This document shows, piece by piece, positions 57,664-64,000 of a stretch of DNA of 64,000 nucleotides. Position numbers and translations under genes: made by a program. Position 1 is the stretch's first letter, and each line of letters opens with the position of its first letter. The stretch is from a plasmid. The DNA is taken from sequence record NZ_CP093377.1. One strand, written 5' to 3'. The notes under the pieces were generated by a model, which made no database searches, was not told where the DNA came from, and was given only the letters and a program-made list of their open reading frames with translations.

Positions 57664-58006
57664 AATTATTGAATCTCAATATATTGAATGTACTAATTAT
57701 CAGTATTTATAACATTAGCCGTTTTATAAGACCATTATCAACCCCTGCGGTGCAGCATTCAGTGAAAATTACCCGGCCTGCAATTTCTTTGCGTCTGGCA
57801 GCCGTACATCATGTTGAACAGATACAGTGAGATTACAGTCTGATAAAAGTCTGTCCCTGAATATGGTACAGGATGTACTTCTCGCATGACTTTTCTGCGT
57901 CAGAATCAGTCAATTCCCCTCCTTTAGAGGGAGATCGTATGCTAAAGTTTGTCAGCTTAACAGGGGGTAGTCTGGTGACAGGAAATTAAAAAAGGACAAA
58001 TACTCA

Positions 58007-58534
58007 ATGGCTTTACAAGGAAAATTTGTTGTTAATGACGCTACCTTTAGCCCTTTGACGTTCTATGGCATAGGCACATTTCTGGCTTATTCCGGTAATG
58101 ACTAATACCGGAATCGTGCGGGGTGTATTGGTGTCCATGATAATGGTCCAATTCCTGACGGCCGTTATCACATAGTCAATCGCCCTTCCGGAGGATGGAA
58201 AGGGGTTATTCGTACTGATCTCCATGATTTTTATTCATGGCCGACTTCAAGGCCGGTGATCAAGTATGAGTGGTTTGCCCTGTATCGCGATGACGGGAAA
58301 ATTGACGATCACACATGGGTTAATGGTGTTGAACGGGGGAATTTCCGTTTGCATCCCCCAGGTCCTCTTGGGATAGCCCTAGGATGCATTACGTTGCAAC
58401 ATCGCACTGACTTCATTGCGATTCGACAGGCGTTAATGTCAACGCCGCAGATCAGGCTCCCTAATGGTCTGATGTCTTATGGAACGATTGAGGTGATCTT
58501 GAATGGCCGCGAGACGTGTCCCGACGGGATTTAG
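58007..58534 (+). pseudogene. DUF2778/Tlde1-like L,D-transpeptidase-fold toxin gene interrupted by an in-frame TAA at 58103..58105
   Basis: The same reading frame gives MALQGKFVVNDATFSPLTFYGIGTFLAYSGND*YRNRAGCIGVHDNGPIPDGRYHIV...FRLHPPGPLGIALGCITLQH. This carries the conserved GPIP.G.Y and RLHP...GC(I)TL catalytic His/Cys signature. Confidence 0.55.
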
Positions 58535-58833
58535 AGTTTGCATGTATCATCCTTTGTGCATTTGCCACGATGGGAAGTAGTTGCTTACAGCGCAGCCTTG
58601 AGGATACAAGATTAAGACAGTTGCTTATAGCTGCGCTGGACAGAATTCCTGAACAACGGACTAAGCACTTGGTTTTTGTTCACCTGCTAACTTTCCATAT
58701 ATCACAAGCCATTCAAGCCGCTTTTCCAGCCAGGCGAATCACCAGCAACACATTACTATCAGCTGCTGATGGAAACCATCCGCTGGACGCTGCTTCCGCC
58801 GGCAGAGTGAAGTCCGCTGACAATTCTCACTGA
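58516..58833 (+). CDS. hypothetical protein immediately downstream of the DUF2778 gene (possible cognate immunity protein)
   Basis: 105-aa ORF with a hydrophobic N-terminus, overlapping the toxin-like gene by 19 bp. Confidence 0.35.
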   Translation: MSRRDLEFACIILCAFATMGSSCLQRSLEDTRLRQLLIAALDRIPEQRTKHLVFVHLLTFHISQAIQAAFPARRITSNTLLSAADGNHPLDAASAGRVKSADNSH

Positions 58834-58853
58834 TATCACTATCGGGTCAGCTG

Positions 58854-59171
58854 TCAGGCATGGCCCGGTTTAAAAAGATAAGCTGACAGTTCTGCTGCGG
58901 TGATATCAAACTCGAGTTGCTGTATGACTTCTGCCAGTTTTTTCGCTGCCGTATCGCGGTCAATCTGATTCAGTAAAATCTGGAGAGCGGCCTGTTTAAG
59001 CTCCGGAGGCAGATGTTCCAGATCAATAATAATATCGCCGTCAGTTTCTTCAGCCGGTTCCCTGAAAAGCCAGCCGTAGTCCGTGTGTTCAGCATGCATG
59101 TCAGTAGTCTCCGTTATCATCCTGCTCCAAAACTCAATAACCCGGAAGGTATTCGGGTCAAAAAGGGCCAA
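58854..59171 (-). CDS. small acidic protein co-operonic with the Abi_2 gene
   Basis: 105 aa. Its start lies 16 bp after the upstream gene's stop. Confidence 0.45.
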   Translation of the reverse strand: MALFDPNTFRVIEFWSRMITETTDMHAEHTDYGWLFREPAEETDGDIIIDLEHLPPELKQAALQILLNQIDRDTAAKKLAEVIQQLEFDITAAELSAYLFKPGHA

Positions 59172-59186
59172 TAAAGATATGGGAAC

Positions 59187-60236
59187 CTAGAGAATGGCGA
59201 TGGAATTATCAGCACCGATTGTGAGGACTGTCTGACCCTCCTTTACAATCCGGATAAACTCGTTCTTCTCAAGAACCCGGATTAATCTGCTGATTCCTTT
59301 ACCACCACGTGACACTTTTATCTGTGCTTTAATCTTTTCGGGGGCTATATAGCTGTTCAGCCCGTCCACCGAGCACAGAGCATAGAATCTCAGGTTTGCC
59401 GAGTGGCTCAGGAAATTCACTTTCCGGTCAGGATTCATCCATCCGATCATATCCAGAATATCGTCATAATGTTTCCTCAGTAGGCTACAGCTGGCCTGGG
59501 CTCCGTATACCGGATTTCCGTAATCCGGTTTACCGGTCTTCGGATCGTCATGGTGGAACTTCCAGATGGCCTCGTGGTGGGACAATCTGTTACGCAGTTC
59601 CTTGATGCGATAAAACTGATCGCATATTTCCTTTCGTTCATAATGGGCCGGAGCATTTGGAAACACTGTACGCGTCAGATGAGGCCAGAGCAGGGTTTTA
59701 TGTGCCCCCTGAGGGTTCTCGTAATATCGGGTTAGTAACATTGTCCAGAAGCCAAAGGACAAACCGGAAATCACACGGTTCGGAGTAATTAACTTGCTGG
59801 TCTTGGCAATTTCATCGATTGCCATTTTTACCTGATTTTCAACCGGTATTGTTTTCTTCAATACACGATTACCGTATTGATCCAGCAAAAAACCCTGAGC
59901 ATCCCTTGGCTGGGTTGTTTTTTTCGGATCCGGGCGTTTGTACCTGTCATTATTTTTGGGATACGCTTTGTCCCCCATATAACGGGGAAGATCAAATATC
60001 CAGTTGTGATCTGTCTTCCACAAAGAGGAGGCTACTGCGGCCGGAGGCGGGTTCGTCCGTATAGCATGATCAAGCGCATTGCGCAGTGTGACTTCCAGAC
60101 ACTGCAGGGCTGGCAGCATGGCGCCGCAAAGCGCCTTGTTCCAGTGATATGCTGACATTACCTGTGCTGGCGTTATTTTAAGATGTTGAACATAGATATC
60201 GAGGCGTTCTTTGTTAATGAACAGATCAAGGCTCAT
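59187..60236 (-). CDS. Abi_2-family (AbiD/AbiF-like) abortive-infection protein
   Basis: 349 aa. LRNRLSHHEAIW motif characteristic of Abi_2 (LRN..AHH.R.WN). Confidence 0.55.
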   Translation of the reverse strand: MSLDLFINKERLDIYVQHLKITPAQVMSAYHWNKALCGAMLPALQCLEVTLRNALDHAIRTNPPPAAVASSLWKTDHNWIFDLPRYMGDKAYPKNNDRYKRPDPKKTTQPRDAQGFLLDQYGNRVLKKTIPVENQVKMAIDEIAKTSKLITPNRVISGLSFGFWTMLLTRYYENPQGAHKTLLWPHLTRTVFPNAPAHYERKEICDQFYRIKELRNRLSHHEAIWKFHHDDPKTGKPDYGNPVYGAQASCSLLRKHYDDILDMIGWMNPDRKVNFLSHSANLRFYALCSVDGLNSYIAPEKIKAQIKVSRGGKGISRLIRVLEKNEFIRIVKEGQTVLTIGADNSIAIL

Positions 60237-60336
60237 ACGGCATCCCGGGAAAAATGTTTGACATACGTGGCGTGTGTCTGCTTTAATTCACACATCAAAG
60301 CGGTGTGCCGTAGTACAGGCCTCACGCGACAATAGT

Positions 60337-60372
60337 TGTTCGGAAAAGCCATCCTTCGGGGTGGCTTTTCTC
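60337..60372 (-). terminator. rho-independent terminator of the upstream reverse-strand gene
   Basis: aaaagccatcc-ttcg-gggtggctttt hairpin with a T-run on the reverse strand. Confidence 0.6.
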
Positions 60373-60375
60373 GTT

Positions 60376-60975
60376 TCAGAGCCCGTCCACGGGTTCTAGT
60401 TTCTTCTCCGCACGAATAGTATTGATGTCTGCGTAAAACTTCTCAGCTCCGACCGGATAAAAAACCTCATGAAATACCCGGTCGATCAACTTCGCATCAC
60501 GGCCGGCAATTTCATTAAACAGCGAAAACGTCAGGGACAGGCCACGGGGGATATAGGCAAACTGGCTGTGCAGAACCTGGCTGGCCCGCAGATGAAGATA
60601 AGGCATATTCCTCATCATGAGCTGCTGTAAATCGTCATGGGTGGTCAGTTTCAGCAGCGCCTTATACTTAAGGTTATTACCGGTAATCATATCGTTTTCA
60701 AACCAGTGTTCGGCGACCTTTATGCCGAACTGCTTACCGAGTTCTTCATCCATCAGGCTGACAAGCGGGCTTGTCCGGCTGAAGTTCTTTATCAAATCCT
60801 GAAATTCCTGAGTCAGGAGTTCTTTCAGAAAATCGCTTTTGGACTTACCAGCTATGCTGGCCTGCACCGTAATCATCGCATCAACATCAAGCGGGATATT
60901 TCGCACCGTAAGGGTTGCTGTTTTGTTTACGTCTGGTTCCTGTTCCTGAAATGTCATAATGATCCCCATTAACAC
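60376..60975 (-). CDS. protein with N-terminal ribbon-helix-helix-like domain and unknown C-terminal domain
   Basis: 199-aa ORF in a low-GC region (start possibly MTFQEQEP). N-terminus TLTVRNIPLDVDAMITVQASIAGKSKSDFLKELL is RHH-like. Confidence 0.45.
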   Translation of the reverse strand: MLMGIIMTFQEQEPDVNKTATLTVRNIPLDVDAMITVQASIAGKSKSDFLKELLTQEFQDLIKNFSRTSPLVSLMDEELGKQFGIKVAEHWFENDMITGNNLKYKALLKLTTHDDLQQLMMRNMPYLHLRASQVLHSQFAYIPRGLSLTFSLFNEIAGRDAKLIDRVFHEVFYPVGAEKFYADINTIRAEKKLEPVDGL

Positions 60976-61519
60976 TGAAGCAATAACATTGCTCTACTCA
61001 TGTTGCACATAGTCACACATGATTCATTTCATGTCAAATGCATCAAATTATGTCTTATGCATCAATCCGAGTGTTAAGACTTATAGTGACAACCTGGTAT
61101 TATTGCGCAGATCCGAAAAAAGCTAGTCCCGGATCTTATGGAACCGCACCGGCGCGCAGCACCCCTCGCAGGCCACATCTTGTGGTCAATGTCGCTTTCT
61201 CCTCGATGTTATATCCCATATATTGTGTTACGTCCTCTTACGGAAACCCGGTCGCTGCACACCGGTAAACGCCGCTTTGCTTATTCCGCATGCGTGGTAC
61301 ACTTCCGGAAAGTTATGATATGCCAGAAAGTCGGATCCTGCCGGAACGGCCATCCGGTAATTTATTGGAGTGGTTATATGACTGCTTATTATAAACCTGT
61401 AAATGATGACGGAAGGGGAAAATCATCCGGGTGACAGACACAGGTTTGTGCGCAGGAGGTTGTGCTGCGAATCATAATTACTCTGAGTGACTATTTTTAC
61501 GGGAATGATTTGGGAGGGG

Positions 61520-61834
61520 ATGATGTCTATTACGCTGCAGAAAATATGTGAGAGTCTGAGAGTCGAGTACGGTCATCACGAATTATGGCTGGACTGGCGG
61601 GAGTGGCCTTTCCGGCAGCATAATCCGGCGCTGGAGCGTCAGCCGGTGGTCATATCATGTTCCGGTCGCCAGCTTGCAGCCTGGGACGGCGCCGGTGACA
61701 GCTGGTCTTTTGTTCAGGGACGGGAGCAACTTAGCTTTGATGACCAGTCGGATTACTTCAATCCTGGAAGAAATAAGGACAACTTTCTCGACGCCAGACG
61801 TATTGCCGAGTTAAAGGAAAAATACCGATTCTGA
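61520..61834 (+). CDS. hypothetical protein
   Basis: GGGAGGGG ribosome-binding site then ATG. About 105 aa. Confidence 0.4.
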   Translation: MMSITLQKICESLRVEYGHHELWLDWREWPFRQHNPALERQPVVISCSGRQLAAWDGAGDSWSFVQGREQLSFDDQSDYFNPGRNKDNFLDARRIAELKEKYRF

Positions 61835-61900
61835 TGCTCTCTCCGGGTCGAAATGCGCAGAGCCGGGATTTCTCAACAGATCATCTGGACAGAAAAAGCC

Positions 61901-62116
61901 ATGAAAAAGAAAAAAACGTCAGAGCCGGGGTTACTGAGGCGTATAGTCGCTGACCCTGAGCGACCGGATAACACGCTGAAAGCCGGAATTTACTATACCT
62001 GGCCCTATGGCTGGGAGCCTGCGGATTTCACGCCAATGATGCGCCGAATTCTTGGCGGAAAACGTACACGCCATGTGATGATGTTCGATGAATTCCATCA
62101 GGTGTTCAGAAAATGA
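61901..62116 (+). CDS. hypothetical small protein coupled to the recombinase gene
   Basis: About 72 aa. Its stop overlaps the recombinase start. Confidence 0.35.
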   Translation: MKKKKTSEPGLLRRIVADPERPDNTLKAGIYYTWPYGWEPADFTPMMRRILGGKRTRHVMMFDEFHQVFRK

Positions 62117-62892
62117 TGATGCCTGCCCTTCCCGGCCAGGGGATTGCCCTGCCTGCCGCATCGCTGCCGGTGGCCATCGACTACCCGGCCGCCCTCGCCT
62201 TACGCCAGATGGCGCTGGTTCAGGACGAACTGCCGAAATATCTGCTGGCGCCGGAAGTGAGTGCCCTGCTCCACTATGTACCCGATCTCCACCGCAAGAT
62301 GTTGCTGACCACCCTCTGGAACACCGGCGCGCGCATTAACGAAGCGCTGGCGCTGACCCGGAGTGATTTTTCTCTGGCGCCGCCCTACCCGTTCGTGCAG
62401 CTGGCCACACTCAAGCAGCGGGCGGAGAAAGCGGCCCGAACGGCCGGCCGCTCGCCTGCCGGCAGTCAGGCGCATCGCCTGGTTCCGCTTTCCGATGCGA
62501 ACTATGTCGGTCAGCTGGAGATGATGGTGGCCACGCTGAAAATACCTCTTGAACGACGCAACAAGCGAAGCGGCAGAACCGAGAAGGCGCGTATCTGGGA
62601 GGTTACCGATCGGACGGTCCGCACCTGGCTCAGCGAAGCGGTTGAAGCGGCAGCGGCTGACGGGGTGACATTCTCCGTGCCGGTGACCCCGCACACGTTC
62701 CGTCATTCCTACGCCATGCACATGCTTTATGCCGGTATACCACTGAAGGTGCTGCAGAGTTTAATGGGACACAAGAGCATCAGCTCGACGGAGGTGTACA
62801 CGAAGGTGTTTGCGCTCGATGTGGCGGCACGGCACAGGGTACAGTTCCAGATGCCTGGCGATGAGGCGGTGGCGCTGATAAAAAAAATCTAA
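62113..62892 (+). CDS. tyrosine site-specific recombinase (phage-integrase/XerD-like; probable multimer resolution, ResD-like)
   Basis: C-terminal catalytic motifs HTFRHSYAMHML...LMGHKSISSTEVYTKV (His-x-x-Arg, His, Tyr). Confidence 0.75.
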   Translation: MMMPALPGQGIALPAASLPVAIDYPAALALRQMALVQDELPKYLLAPEVSALLHYVPDLHRKMLLTTLWNTGARINEALALTRSDFSLAPPYPFVQLATLKQRAEKAARTAGRSPAGSQAHRLVPLSDANYVGQLEMMVATLKIPLERRNKRSGRTEKARIWEVTDRTVRTWLSEAVEAAAADGVTFSVPVTPHTFRHSYAMHMLYAGIPLKVLQSLMGHKSISSTEVYTKVFALDVAARHRVQFQMPGDEAVALIKKI

Positions 62893-62920
62893 AAAAGTTG
62901 AAAGTATTTAACATCTCAAT

Positions 62921-62952
62921 TTGATGTTGTTTTAATATTAAAACAACATCAA
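62921..62952. repeat. perfect AT-rich palindrome ttgatgttgttttaatattaaaacaacatcaa flanked by ttgat direct repeats (candidate recombination site, centromere or bidirectional terminator)
   Basis: Read directly from sequence. Lies between the convergent recombinase and parG-like genes. Confidence 0.6.
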
Positions 62953-62985
62953 ACGGAGATTGCTTTGATTGTTTTTTGATATTAT

Positions 62986-63270
62986 CTACTCGCTTATTTT
63001 CTTCTTGCCCGCAATTTGCAAACCATAGTCCAGTATGTTGATGCAAGACATATTTATGAATGCAGCTCGCGATTGCCCGTTCTCTGCAGCAGCTTCGTCA
63101 ATACGCTGAATCAGTTCAGGGTCCATTGTGATTGTGATCTGCTGTTTTTTTCCTTTTACCACTCCCTTCGAAGCGGGAACTTTTGCATCAGGGGCTGAGT
63201 TTATAAAGTTCTCTACTGCATCATTCTTTGAAACGGGTGGTTGGGTTTTGGGTTTTTTTTGGATTGGCAT
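62986..63270 (-). CDS. ParG-like RHH centromere-binding protein (type-Ib partition)
   Basis: 94 aa, lysine-rich flexible N-terminus plus RHH C-terminus (ITITMDPELIQRIDEAAAENGQSRAAFI). Downstream of the ParA gene in an operon. Confidence 0.6.
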   Translation of the reverse strand: MPIQKKPKTQPPVSKNDAVENFINSAPDAKVPASKGVVKGKKQQITITMDPELIQRIDEAAAENGQSRAAFINMSCINILDYGLQIAGKKKISE

Positions 63271-63317
63271 TTCATATCACCTAAACATTATTTTGATATT
63301 ATTTTGATTGCATTTGA

Positions 63318-63977
63318 CTATTTAAATAGTATTGATATGAGAGCATCTAACTCTTGCACTGCAATCTTTTCATGCGAACGTAATTTCAGCTCACTTACGG
63401 TTCTCCCGCTGCCTGCAGCATTGGCGTAAACTTTTCTTTGATAGATGATTTTGTCTAGGATTGGGATGTCCTCTTTGTACTCTTCCATCATTTCCAGCAT
63501 ATCTTTGTTGTCAGAGGATCTGGCTTGAGTATCTGCTTTGTTCAAAAGCGAATAACAGACCAATCCATCTCTGATACTTCGCGCTTCTTTGATTAGATCG
63601 GCGTTGGCATCCATGGCCCAGGCTTCGAAACTTCCAGGTGCTGAAGGAACTAAAAGGACGTCTGTGATTGTCAGAGCAGCCCTCATGGCTGTGGAATCAC
63701 GGCCTCCACATTCGATGATGATATCGTCAAAGTTATCTTTCTGTTGGAGAACCTGGCTCCTTAACACCGGGCCTTCTGGGTAATGCGAGCAAGCAATACC
63801 TGGTTCAACCCCGTCTTCTGAACGAACCAGGATAGCTGTTTGAGAAGACCCTTGTTTATCACCATCAACTAACCATACTTTTCTGCCTTGCCGAGCTCTT
63901 GCCACTGCGATGTTAACCGCGAGAGTAGATTTACCTACTCCTCCTTTCGTATTAGCAATCGTTAGTATCATTTTCAT
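63318..63977 (-). CDS. parA: ParA/ParF-family small Walker-type partition ATPase
   Basis: Deviant Walker A KGGVGKST. 219 aa. Confidence 0.85.
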   Translation of the reverse strand: MKMILTIANTKGGVGKSTLAVNIAVARARQGRKVWLVDGDKQGSSQTAILVRSEDGVEPGIACSHYPEGPVLRSQVLQQKDNFDDIIIECGGRDSTAMRAALTITDVLLVPSAPGSFEAWAMDANADLIKEARSIRDGLVCYSLLNKADTQARSSDNKDMLEMMEEYKEDIPILDKIIYQRKVYANAAGSGRTVSELKLRSHEKIAVQELDALISILFK

Positions 63978-64000
63978 CTCTTTTTAATATTAAAAAACCA

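Noticed and set aside
61038-61434. Plus-strand ORFs 61038..61268 and 61138..61434
   Set aside because: No ribosome-binding sites and odd composition. They lie in an AT-rich putative regulatory region between divergent genes.
1-64000. Search for transposases, IS inverted repeats, integrons, rRNA or tRNA genes
   Set aside because: None recognised. The only recombinase is the tyrosine recombinase at 62113..62892, and the repeats present are leading-region structured repeats rather than IS ends.

Overview
This window is a 64-kb segment of an F-like (MOBF/MPF-F) conjugative plasmid of Enterobacteriaceae with an IncFII-type replicon. In order, it contains: (i) the 5' part of a umuD/mucA-like gene behind a LexA box, and a stbAB (ParM/ParR-type) segregation locus; (ii) a leading region, all on the + strand and transcribed towards oriT, carrying an orphan N6/N4 DNA methyltransferase, klcA (ArdB-family anti-restriction), a 670-aa ParB-nuclease-like protein, psiB, psiA, hok/mok/sok, a DUF932 protein and a gene-X-like lytic transglycosylase, with two families of structured repeats (probable single-strand promoters) between them; (iii) oriT and a near-complete F-type transfer operon traM-traA-traL-traE-traK-traB-traV-traC-trbI-traW-[3.1-kb insertion]-traU-trbC-traN-traF-traQ-trbB-trbJ-trbF-traH-traG-traS-traT-[ccdAB insertion]-traD-traI, with no traJ, traY, finP or finO, and with a divergently transcribed tandem Arc-type ribbon-helix-helix (RHH) gene in the traJ/traY position; (iv) a DsbA-like oxidoreductase, an IncFII-type copA/tap/repA replicon with its origin, and a relocated traX-like gene; (v) an accessory end with a stop-interrupted DUF2778 (L,D-transpeptidase-like) toxin gene, an Abi_2-family two-gene cassette, a tyrosine recombinase and a ParA/RHH type-Ib partition pair. 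No rRNA, tRNA, CRISPR array or transposase was found. The most interesting candidates are the opposite-strand tandem-RHH regulator replacing traJ/traY, the translationally coupled 7-gene insertion between traW and traU, the triplicated leader-supplying repeat in the leading region, a G8-tract-interrupted methyltransferase-like gene that lacks a catalytic motif, the DUF2778 pseudo-toxin and the Abi_2 cassette.
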